Assembly: GCA_048940645.1 (NCBI GenBank)
Contig: JBHLOI010000007.1
Location: 28,648 to 92,647, forward strand
Length of the DNA stretch: 64,000 nucleotides
Origin: Promethearchaeota archaeon
Lineage (GTDB): Archaea; Asgardarchaeota; Lokiarchaeia; Sigyniarchaeales; SOKP01
Direction of reading: 5' to 3'
Position 1 is the first letter of the stretch. Each line of letters opens with the position of its first letter. Of this stretch, positions 36,168-44,803 are shown one piece after another. The notes beneath the pieces were generated by a model, which was not told the DNA's origin, did no database searches, and was given only the letters and a program-made list of their open reading frames with translations. Made by a program: the position numbers and the translations under genes.

Positions 36168-36575
36168 ATGAATTCAGAGGAATTATATAATGAATTAAAC
36201 AAATATTTTTCCAATAATTTAGATATAATGAGACATCTTAAAGTCAATGCATGTTGGGAGTATTTCATAACTGAAAATTCTTTGGATGATGAAAATTCCA
36301 AATTACATTATTATTTAATTAAAAAAGACGAAGATACACTTGAATTAACGAAAAATAATCCTAAAATTAAACCTGATTTAATTCTCTATTTTACTGAAAG
36401 AGCAATTTTAAATCTCATCAAAGAAAGTCCAAATGCAGAAGAATACTATCATCGTTATCGGAAAGTTATGGACAATCCTCGACCAGAACTTCAAGTTGAT
36501 AATAAGATAAACAAACCTAGATTAAAACTTTGGCAGATTGGATATAAAAAATGGCAGGAAGATTTTAAATTTTAG
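36168..36575 (+). CDS. hypothetical protein, distant paralog of 34116-34595
   Basis: See 34116-34595. ATG at 36168 (after AAAGGGA) preferred because the track start at 36096 overlaps the ALDH 3' end. Confidence 0.35.
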   Translation: MNSEELYNELNKYFSNNLDIMRHLKVNACWEYFITENSLDDENSKLHYYLIKKDEDTLELTKNNPKIKPDLILYFTERAILNLIKESPNAEEYYHRYRKVMDNPRPELQVDNKINKPRLKLWQIGYKKWQEDFKF

Positions 36576-36585
36576 AAAAAGTTCT

Positions 36586-37272
36586 TTAAAGCACTTTAAT
36601 TGAATATTTCTTGTTTCTAGTACTAATAAAAATAATTGCTATAACAGCCAATAAAATGAAACCAATAAAATATATTCCCATAGGAATCATTATGAATGTT
36701 GCTTCAACCTTGATGATTAATCGTGTATTAGCATATTCATAAACTGCTTCTGATTCTAGAATTCCATCACTGTTATATATTCTTTCATGTAAATATTCTT
36801 CATCTATTTCTGATTTTAAAATTTGGGATATTTTAAATCCATCTACTTGATAATCTGCTGGAAATTGTTCTCCAACTGATTCAAGGAAATTATCGACTGG
36901 AGTTGGTAAAAATATGCAATGTTCATATTGAGCAGCCAATTTATATAATTCTATATTCTCAAGAACTCCTTGCTGACCCCAATCAACTTGATAATCCCAA
37001 AAATATATAGTTATTCTCCAATATGTCTCAACGTCAACAATTTCCTTAATTATTACTCTTATTTTATCACCTACATCAAAATTGGGCTCATAACCTAATA
37101 TTCTGCCAAATAAACTTGAATCTAAATAAGTTACTTCCCAAATATACTCTTTATCTTCTTGTATACCTAAAGAATAGGGACCCTGTGCTTTTACATACCC
37201 ATTGGCACATAAGTAAAAAACCGTAATATTGAGGAATATTAACGTTAATATAATTTTGTTTTTACGTTTCAA
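36586..37272 (-). CDS. secreted protein with C-terminal membrane anchor
   Basis: N-terminal signal peptide (KIILTLIFLNITVFYLCANGYVKA), about 170-aa beta-rich ectodomain, C-terminal TM (IPMGIYFIGFILLAVIAIIFI) and basic tail. Confidence 0.5.
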   Translation of the reverse strand: MKRKNKIILTLIFLNITVFYLCANGYVKAQGPYSLGIQEDKEYIWEVTYLDSSLFGRILGYEPNFDVGDKIRVIIKEIVDVETYWRITIYFWDYQVDWGQQGVLENIELYKLAAQYEHCIFLPTPVDNFLESVGEQFPADYQVDGFKISQILKSEIDEEYLHERIYNSDGILESEAVYEYANTRLIIKVEATFIMIPMGIYFIGFILLAVIAIIFISTRNKKYSIKVL

Positions 37273-37502
37273 CTTACCATCTAATTTTTGGTATAATTCT
37301 GCTATCTTATCTTAAATTATATTCGATAATAGTATATTTAGAAATTTATACTTTATTTAAACACAATATTATTCTCTCTCAAAATATGACAATTAATTAT
37401 TAATGCTATTCTAATCCTTAATAACAATTAAATAAAACATAATAATTATATAAAAGATAATATAAAAGATCTTATAATCTAGGAAGATTAGGGTATTAAA
37501 AT

Positions 37503-38921
37503 ATGAAAAATGAAGAAATTTGTTATATGTCTGCTTGTGATATAGCAGATTCAATAAAAAATGGGGATATAACTTCTCAAGAAATTACAGAGTTAATTAT
37601 TGAAAGAATTGAAAAGATCAATCCAATTATAAATGCATATTGTACTCCAACGTTTGATTTAGCTAGAAAAATGGCTAAAGAAGCAGATAAAGTAGTTAAA
37701 ACGAGAGTAGATATACCACCACTTAACGGGATTCCGACTAGCATTAAAGATTTAATTATGACTAAAGGAATTAGGACTACATTTGGTTCTAAACTATATG
37801 AAGATTTTATACCTGAAGAAGATGAAGTAGTTATTAAAAGACTTAAAAATGCAGGCTGTGTAATTTTAGGAAAAACAAATACACCAGAATTCGGACATGT
37901 TACGGTTACTTTTAATTTAATTTTTGGAGAGACTAAAAATCCTTGGAATTTAGAAAAAACATCTGGAGGTTCAAGTGGTGGTGCTGGTGCAGCAGTAGCA
38001 TCAGGTATCAGCCCTTTAGCGCTAGGCTCAGATGGAGGTGGATCTATAAGGGTTCCCAGCTGTTTATGTGGGATATTTGGTTTGAAACCTACTTATGGAA
38101 GAATCCCTAAATATCCACGCATAGGACTTGAATTCTATACTATGGATCATTATGGACCAATGACTCGATATGTAAAAGATGCCGCTCTTATGTTAGATGT
38201 TATGAAAGGGCCCCATCTGGGAGACAGACAGTCACTCCCAGAAAATAATATAAAATATGTCGAAATACTTGATGAAAAGCCTTCAAAATTAAAAATTGGT
38301 TATTCCTTTGATTTGGGTTTAGCAAAAGCATTAGATTCTGATGTTGAAAAATCGGTACTTAATTCAATTGATAAGTTAGAAACGTTCGATTGGACAGCCG
38401 AAAAAGTAAATTTAAACATGAGAAAAGCAGAAAATGCATTTTATACCTATAGTACTGTTGGAACAGCTTATGATTTTAAAAAAAAATTTGATGAATGGAG
38501 AGATCGTATAACACCTGGTCTGGTCAAACAAATTAAAGTTGCTTTACCAATGACTGCTATGAATCTTCAACTTGCTTTATCTCAGAGATTGGCTTGTGAT
38601 GAGGTAATGCATCAGTTTTTTAAGAATTATGATATCTTAATTACGCCAACTACAGCAGTGCCTGCTTTTGAATTGGGAAGTGTCGGACCTTCAAAAATCC
38701 AAAGTAAAGCGGTTTCGCATTCAGGATGGTATCCCTTTACTTATCCATTTAACTTAACTTCATTACCTGCTGCATCAATACCATGCGGTTGGTCTAGCGA
38801 AAAATTACCTATAGGAATGCAGATAGTTGGGAAAAGATTTGATGAAAAAGCTGTACTTCAAGTTTCAAAAGCTTTTGAGGAAATTGCTCCTTGGCAGAAT
38901 AAGAAACCAGTATTTAATTAA
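37503..38921 (+). CDS. amidase-signature family amidase (GatA-like)
   Basis: Amidase signature GGSSGGAGAAVASG...GSDGGGSIRVP with the Ser-cisSer-Lys context (KD at IPTSIKD). Confidence 0.9.
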   Translation: MKNEEICYMSACDIADSIKNGDITSQEITELIIERIEKINPIINAYCTPTFDLARKMAKEADKVVKTRVDIPPLNGIPTSIKDLIMTKGIRTTFGSKLYEDFIPEEDEVVIKRLKNAGCVILGKTNTPEFGHVTVTFNLIFGETKNPWNLEKTSGGSSGGAGAAVASGISPLALGSDGGGSIRVPSCLCGIFGLKPTYGRIPKYPRIGLEFYTMDHYGPMTRYVKDAALMLDVMKGPHLGDRQSLPENNIKYVEILDEKPSKLKIGYSFDLGLAKALDSDVEKSVLNSIDKLETFDWTAEKVNLNMRKAENAFYTYSTVGTAYDFKKKFDEWRDRITPGLVKQIKVALPMTAMNLQLALSQRLACDEVMHQFFKNYDILITPTTAVPAFELGSVGPSKIQSKAVSHSGWYPFTYPFNLTSLPAASIPCGWSSEKLPIGMQIVGKRFDEKAVLQVSKAFEEIAPWQNKKPVFN

Positions 38922-38957
38922 TTTAAAAATTTAACAAATCCTCTTTTTTTTAAAAAT

Positions 38958-40046
38958 CTAAAAGGATTTCATATTAGACGTAGTGATATAAGTAGAATCT
39001 CCAATAGTGATATTATTCTTTATTAAATCTTCCAAAATTGAATAATCTCCAATAATACTATTAGTTGATATTATTTTTTTCATGATTACACCATCTCCAA
39101 TAACAGATTCAGAAAGAATACATTTATCAATAACTAAATCATCTCCAATCGATACATTAGGGCCTATTACTGAATCAGTTATTTTTACATCTTTTCCAAT
39201 AAATACAGGAGGAATAATCTTAGAATCTACGATATTTCCAGAACGGAATTTGGTTTCATATAAAGGATCTTTTAACCTTATTTCTGAGAGAAGATGACGG
39301 TTACCATCTAATAAACTATCAGGGCGACCAAAATCTAAGATTTCGTTCTGCATTTCATTAACTTTAAGTTTAACACCTTCCTCAACTAACTTTTGAATAA
39401 TTGGAGTTAATTGGTGTTCTTTTCCATTTTTAATTTCAACTTTTTTTTGCTCTTCTAACAATTGAAATAATCTTGGGGTTATAGTTTTCCCAAACAAATA
39501 TGCTCCGGACACAGCATAATCAGAAATGAACTCACTTGGTTTTTCCACTACTTTTTCTACATATCCAGTTTCATCAAACACCGTTACTCCATAATATTGA
39601 GGATTTTCAACTTTCTTTATATTAATAATTCCTTCACAATTTCCTTGATGATAAGTTAGAAGAATAGATGAATAATCTTCTAAAGGTAAACGATCGCTAA
39701 GAAAAATAAAACAATCATCATTATAAGCATAATCCTTAGCTAATAGTATCGCATCACCCAAACCACTAAAAAAAGGAGAATCTGCCTCGTAACCTAAAGG
39801 AATTTGTTCAATAAATTCTAAGTTAAAATAATCAGAATAATTTTTTTGTAAATATTCAGTAATTTGCCTTTTCTTATATCCCACTATAAAACATATGTTC
39901 GTATCTTTGGGAAAGGTTTTTTTTAATTTGATTAAAATATGATCAATTAATCTTTTTCCTGCCACTTTTAAAAAAGCCTTAGGCTTAGAATATGTAAAAG
40001 GTTGAAGGCGTGTTCCTACTCCAGCAATGGGGCAAATTAACCACAT
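38958..40046 (-). CDS. sugar-phosphate nucleotidyltransferase with C-terminal left-handed beta-helix domain
   Basis: N-terminal IAGVGTRLQPFTYSKPKAFLKVAGKRLIDH (GxGTRL). C-terminal hexapeptide-like repeats (IGKDVKITDSVIGPNVSIGDDLVI...). Confidence 0.8.
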   Translation of the reverse strand: MWLICPIAGVGTRLQPFTYSKPKAFLKVAGKRLIDHILIKLKKTFPKDTNICFIVGYKKRQITEYLQKNYSDYFNLEFIEQIPLGYEADSPFFSGLGDAILLAKDYAYNDDCFIFLSDRLPLEDYSSILLTYHQGNCEGIINIKKVENPQYYGVTVFDETGYVEKVVEKPSEFISDYAVSGAYLFGKTITPRLFQLLEEQKKVEIKNGKEHQLTPIIQKLVEEGVKLKVNEMQNEILDFGRPDSLLDGNRHLLSEIRLKDPLYETKFRSGNIVDSKIIPPVFIGKDVKITDSVIGPNVSIGDDLVIDKCILSESVIGDGVIMKKIISTNSIIGDYSILEDLIKNNITIGDSTYITTSNMKSF

Positions 40047-40094
40047 TCTACTCGGTTTTTTTGATGATTAACAAAATAATTTTATCAATTAAGA

Positions 40095-40619
40095 TTAATT
40101 TTCTAAAATTTTTCTTAAAGTCTCATAATATTCCGCTTCTTTTAATCTTTCTTTTATGGTATCTTTTAATTTTCTTAGATAGTAATTATCTGATGCTGTT
40201 CTATTAACGTTCCTTAATTTCTTGTTTAAAGCAATTCTAGTTTTTTCGTCTAAAAATGCTAGTGGAATTTGCCTATACTTATCCTTTAACTCAGACATAC
40301 TTTCTTTCTGAGATCGGTTTTGAACATAATTAGATTCAAGTCTCCTATATAAATTTTTTATCCACGTTTCAATTTTTAATAAATCTCCTTTTATATAATT
40401 TCTATCGTTTAACCATTCCTTAAATTTTATAACTTCATTCAAAAAGTTTTCTGATTTGGTTAATATTGGCTTTTCCTGCTTACTTTTTTGAATTATTTGT
40501 TGTAGTTTTTTCTTTTTTAATTCTGTCTTTTCTTCCTTAGATAACTTATTATATTCCTCTTCTCTTTTTTCCCTATCCTCCCCAATTGTATCATCAGTAA
40601 GCCATTTTTTAATTGACAT
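40095..40619 (-). CDS. hypothetical highly charged helical protein
   Basis: 174-aa Lys/Glu-rich ORF with no recognisable domain. Confidence 0.4.
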   Translation of the reverse strand: MSIKKWLTDDTIGEDREKREEEYNKLSKEEKTELKKKKLQQIIQKSKQEKPILTKSENFLNEVIKFKEWLNDRNYIKGDLLKIETWIKNLYRRLESNYVQNRSQKESMSELKDKYRQIPLAFLDEKTRIALNKKLRNVNRTASDNYYLRKLKDTIKERLKEAEYYETLRKILEN

Positions 40620-40754
40620 GGTATTTCAAATAAAATATTAATTTTTCTTAAAAAACATGTTTATTATTAAACCTTTAACAAAACTGAATTAAATTGAATT
40701 TATAAAAAGAGAGAGATAGATTAAAATTTAAAAAGAATTTTAATAAAATAGAAT

Positions 40755-41504
40755 ATGAAAATTGAAGGTTTAATATTTGATTTTGGTTTTACTTTATTTG
40801 AATTCAAGAATGCTTCTGTAGAGAAATATTTTGAATGTTTTAGAAAAGGGCTTAGAAAGTCAATAGAAAAATTGAAGGAAACTAATATTTTAAACAACGA
40901 GGAAATCATTAAACAATTTTCCAAATTGTTCAATAAAAAAAGATCTCAATATTTTAAACAAAGTCTCAAGACAAAAAAAGAATTCCCCACTTCGAATGTA
41001 TTTGAATTAGTATTAGAAGAATTGAATATAGAGAAAGTTAATAGAGAAATTTATCTCGAATTAGCAGATTTATATCATTCATATGAAGAGAAAGAATGGG
41101 TTCCTTTCAAAAATACGAAAGATACTTTAGAAAAGTTATCAAATTTTAAAAATCTTAAAATGGCCGTTCTATCTAACCATCCACATCATATGACAATAAT
41201 TAATTTACTTAAAAAGTATGATTTAATGGAATTTTTTAATGCTGTGGTTACATCTGCTAAATTTGGAAAAAGAAAACCTGATCCCGATATTTTTTTATAT
41301 ACACTAAAAAAAATGGGTTTGGAAAAACCTGAAACATGCATGGTTTGTGGGGATGAACATGCAGACATTGTTGGTGGAGATAAAGCGGGATTACAAACCA
41401 TTTTGTGTAATAGAATGCTTAAATTTCCATTTGAAAGAGAAATCAATGTTCCAAATTATATAAAAGTAAATGACATTTCAGAGATATTAAACCATATTCA
41501 TTAA
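40755..41504 (+). CDS. HAD-superfamily hydrolase (subfamily IA)
   Basis: Motif I LIFDFGFTLF, LSNH (motif II), KRKPDPDIF (motif III), CGDEHADIVGG (motif IV). Confidence 0.75.
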   Translation: MKIEGLIFDFGFTLFEFKNASVEKYFECFRKGLRKSIEKLKETNILNNEEIIKQFSKLFNKKRSQYFKQSLKTKKEFPTSNVFELVLEELNIEKVNREIYLELADLYHSYEEKEWVPFKNTKDTLEKLSNFKNLKMAVLSNHPHHMTIINLLKKYDLMEFFNAVVTSAKFGKRKPDPDIFLYTLKKMGLEKPETCMVCGDEHADIVGGDKAGLQTILCNRMLKFPFEREINVPNYIKVNDISEILNHIH

Positions 41505-41519
41505 GTTAAAAAGCAACTT

Positions 41520-42758
41520 ATGGAAGGGAAGATAATGAGTCAAGCAAAAATTCCTCATGATCTATTAATAAAAATTGTTAAAGAGAAACATAAACTCATC
41601 CCAAAAATTATGAAAGAAAGCGAAATTGACTGCTGGCTAATCTTTGCTCGCGAAACTTCTGTTAACCCTGATCCCATTATGAATCAAATAATTGGTGGTG
41701 ATGTAGTTTGGAGTTCTGCTTTTGTCTTTGCATTTGAAGGAGTAAACTTAACTAAAACGGCTATAGTTGGTGATTTTGATGCTTTAGCCGAAGAAAGAAA
41801 AGGTATTTGGGATGTTGTCATTCCTTATAAAGAAGGAATTAGTGCTCCTATGAAAGAACTTTTTGAGAGGATTAATCCATCTAAGATTGCTCTCAATTAT
41901 TCTGAGCATGATGTAATTTCAGATGGGCTCTCTCATGGAATGTTTCTTAAACTCACTTCAATTTTACCTGATAAAAAGGATATTTTTATAAGCGCTACAC
42001 CACTAATTCAAGCTATTCGAGGGCGAAAGACAAAGACAGAAATTGAACTTGTCACAAAAGCTTGTGAGCTTACTGAAGAAATTAATCAAAAAATGACTAA
42101 GTTGATAAAAATTGGAATGAATGAAACGGAAATTCAGAACCTATTTCATAAAGAGATGGATAAGTACGACGTAATTGAAGCTTGGCAGCGTGTTTCATGC
42201 CCTGCTATAGATGCTGGGCCTGATAAAGAATTTGGACATGTTGGACCTCTCCCTAATTCCAAAACAAAAAAGGGACATATTTTACATAATGATTTAGGAG
42301 TAAAATTTAACGGGTATTGTTCGGATTTGCAGAGAATGTGGTTTTTTGGACCCGAAGATGAAATACCAGAAGAATTAAAACACGCTTTTAAAACCGTCCA
42401 TGGAGCAATTACTAAGGCGGCGGAATATATCAAACCAGGTGTTACCGGATTTTCAGTGGACAAAGTAGCTCGTGATTATGTTAAATCCCAAGGTTATGAA
42501 GAATATGCTCATGCTTTAGGACATCAACTAGGTACTAATGCTCATGATGGAGGTGTCTTACTTGGTCCACTCTGGGAACGATACGGGGATATTCCCAAAG
42601 GAATAGTTGAAGAAGGAAATATTTTTACTCTTGAACTCTATGTTAAAACGAAAAATTATGGAATGATTTCATTGGAAGAAGATATCGTTGTTACAACGGA
42701 CGGTTGTCGATTTTTAGTCCCAAGATGCGATAAATTTATTACAATAGAAGATACTTAA
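41520..42758 (+). CDS. M24-family Xaa-Pro peptidase
   Basis: Pita-bread domain with metal ligands in DLGVKFNGYCSDLQR, HALGHQLG, TLELY, SLEEDIVV. The start could be the second ATG at 41535, which follows GGAAGGGAAG. Confidence 0.85.
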   Translation: MEGKIMSQAKIPHDLLIKIVKEKHKLIPKIMKESEIDCWLIFARETSVNPDPIMNQIIGGDVVWSSAFVFAFEGVNLTKTAIVGDFDALAEERKGIWDVVIPYKEGISAPMKELFERINPSKIALNYSEHDVISDGLSHGMFLKLTSILPDKKDIFISATPLIQAIRGRKTKTEIELVTKACELTEEINQKMTKLIKIGMNETEIQNLFHKEMDKYDVIEAWQRVSCPAIDAGPDKEFGHVGPLPNSKTKKGHILHNDLGVKFNGYCSDLQRMWFFGPEDEIPEELKHAFKTVHGAITKAAEYIKPGVTGFSVDKVARDYVKSQGYEEYAHALGHQLGTNAHDGGVLLGPLWERYGDIPKGIVEEGNIFTLELYVKTKNYGMISLEEDIVVTTDGCRFLVPRCDKFITIEDT

Positions 42759-42784
42759 CTAATTTAAGTTAATTTGAAATTTAA

Positions 42785-42917
42785 TGGTCTGGGGGGGATT
42801 TGAACCCTCGATTTCCAGTCTAGTATTTAATACAAGATATCTGGCTCCGCAAGCCAGCGCCCTATTTATGCTATGTTATTGAAAACAAAATAGCAATCCA
42901 AGCTAGACTACCAGACC
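42785..42917 (-). tRNA. tRNA-Arg (anticodon GCG) gene interrupted by two putative non-canonical introns
   Basis: GC-rich island. Acceptor GGTCTGG/CCAGACC + A73. T arm GAGGG-TTCAAAT-CCCCC. Anticodon arm CTGGC-TTGCGGA-GCCAG. D region GTCT-AGCTTGGAT[32 nt]A-GGGC. Variable region interrupted by about 26 nt. Removing 42864-42895 and 42815-42840 gives a 75-nt cloverleaf. Confidence 0.65.
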
Positions 42918-42998
42918 TTTTGAAATGATTTATTTGTAATTTTTAATAATTATTGAGTAACTATAATACTTTTCTAATAATTCTCAATAATTAAAGTT

Positions 42999-43667
42999 AT
43001 GTTTGATCAATACAGTGTTATATTTGATATGGATGGTGTGCTAGCAGATACTGGTCCAATTCATTTTGACAGCTGGCTAAAAATGGCTAATGAAATTGGA
43101 TACCATTTTAGTAAAAAATTATTCGAGAAGACATTCGGTCAACAAAGCCCTACAATAGTGAGGAAATTAGTAGGATCTGAGATAGAACAAGAACTCGTGG
43201 ATAAATGGGCAGCTCTTAAAGAACAGTATTATAGAAAAATGGTAAAAGATAAATTAAAACCATTACCTGGAGTGAAACGCTTAATCCAGGAACTTAAATC
43301 TTATAATTTCAAATTGGCAGTTGGTTCAAGTGGACCTCGTGAAAATGTGGAATTATTAATTAATGTTTTGCAATTAAAAGAAGATTTTGATGTCTTGATT
43401 AGTGCTGCCGAAGTTAAAAATGGAAAACCAGCACCGGATGTCTTTTTAATTTCTGCTAAAAAATTGAAAACAAAACCTAAAAATTGTCTTGTCATAGAAG
43501 ATGCTCCAGTAGGAATTGAAGCTGCAAAAAGGGCGGGTATGAAATCAATTGCACTTACTACAACTCATGAAAAAAATGAGCTCCTTAATGCTGATCTAAT
43601 TGTAAAAGATTTATCAGAAGTGAGTCTTCACGATATAATGCTATTATTAAAAATAGTTCAGAAGTAG
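42999..43667 (+). CDS. HAD-superfamily hydrolase, beta-phosphoglucomutase-like
   Basis: VIFDMDGVLADT (DxDG), GSSGP, GKPAPDVF, VIEDAPVGIEAAKRAGM. Confidence 0.85.
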   Translation: MFDQYSVIFDMDGVLADTGPIHFDSWLKMANEIGYHFSKKLFEKTFGQQSPTIVRKLVGSEIEQELVDKWAALKEQYYRKMVKDKLKPLPGVKRLIQELKSYNFKLAVGSSGPRENVELLINVLQLKEDFDVLISAAEVKNGKPAPDVFLISAKKLKTKPKNCLVIEDAPVGIEAAKRAGMKSIALTTTHEKNELLNADLIVKDLSEVSLHDIMLLLKIVQK

Positions 43668-43672
43668 TTTAT

Positions 43673-44344
43673 ATGATTTTTTTATGTTTTGGTAATTCAT
43701 TGACAGCTGGTTGGCCTGGATATTATCCCCATTCAGATGGAGTTTCAAGGGGAAATGGAAATTTCCAGTCTCAATATGAATATTGGCTAAAAGAATACTG
43801 TGTTGAGTATATTGAAAAAAAAATTAATAAAGAAAAAGCATCTATCTCAAAAGAGATAATTTTTGTAAATAGAGGAATACCTGGAGATACTTCAAGTGGC
43901 TTGTTATACAGAATCGATGATTTAATAGCATATAAACCAAAACCAAATTATTCTATCATAATAATTGGAACGAATGATTTGGGTTGGAGTAGTTCTACTC
44001 AAAAAATTCTTAAAAACATAATGGATCTTCATAGAATCTCAAAAAATAACAAAATACTCTCTTTAGGGGGATTGATCCCGCCAATAACTAAAAGAGCTTC
44101 AAGTCAAAGATATGATATAATTCAATCTGATTTTAATGAAGAATTAAAAGAATTTTTCATGAAAAACAATATTCCGTTTACTGATTACTCCTATATGAAA
44201 GATGAGGAAAATTATTTAAAACCAGAATTTACAACGGGAGATGGTGTACATTTTTCAGTTGATGGTTATAAACATATGGGGTTAAGCATTTTTGAAAATG
44301 TAATTAAACATATTATAGACGAAGAAATTAATGAATTTAGGTAG
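43673..44344 (+). CDS. SGNH/GDSL-family hydrolase
   Basis: Block I FGNSLTAGW, block II G(I)PGDTS, block III GTNDL, block V GDGVHFS. Confidence 0.75.
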   Translation: MIFLCFGNSLTAGWPGYYPHSDGVSRGNGNFQSQYEYWLKEYCVEYIEKKINKEKASISKEIIFVNRGIPGDTSSGLLYRIDDLIAYKPKPNYSIIIIGTNDLGWSSSTQKILKNIMDLHRISKNNKILSLGGLIPPITKRASSQRYDIIQSDFNEELKEFFMKNNIPFTDYSYMKDEENYLKPEFTTGDGVHFSVDGYKHMGLSIFENVIKHIIDEEINEFR

Positions 44345-44377
44345 TCAACATCAAAAATATAGTCTATAAGAGTTAAG

Positions 44378-44713
44378 TTACCCAAAATAATCTGGTTTAC
44401 TAGATACTAACGTAGTTGTTTCTTCAATCCACTGAGATAATTGATTATCTACGCGCATATAAGTCACAATTTTATCTAACTCTTGTAATTTAGTGAATGA
44501 GCATTCAACAACAAGATCCCATCCTCCATAAACCGGTGTAACATAAGTTACCCTCCAATTTTCTTCGGATTCAGTTGATTTGAGACTTGAAAGCTTCTCA
44601 ACGACTTTCCATTCTGTGCCTATGGTTTTAAGTCTTACTAGTATATATCCCCGATAAAACATTTTTTTATTTCTACTTTTTAGATGACTATTACCATTAT
44701 TGTTATTTAACAA
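44378..44713 (-). CDS. stand-alone Lrp/AsnC-type ligand-binding (RAM-like) domain protein
   Basis: GYILVRLKTIGTEWKVVEKLSSL...VTPVYGGWDLVVECSF...LDKIVTYMRVDNQLSQWIEETTT follows the beta-alpha-beta-beta-alpha-beta AsnC_trans_reg pattern. No HTH present. Confidence 0.5.
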   Translation of the reverse strand: MLNNNNGNSHLKSRNKKMFYRGYILVRLKTIGTEWKVVEKLSSLKSTESEENWRVTYVTPVYGGWDLVVECSFTKLQELDKIVTYMRVDNQLSQWIEETTTLVSSKPDYFG

Positions 44714-44803
44714 TTGCTAAAAAAATTATCTTTTTGAAAACTATATATTATTAATAAAATTAAGATTTAGTAGATTATCTCTCTATCTTGTTGATTCTGA
44801 TAT

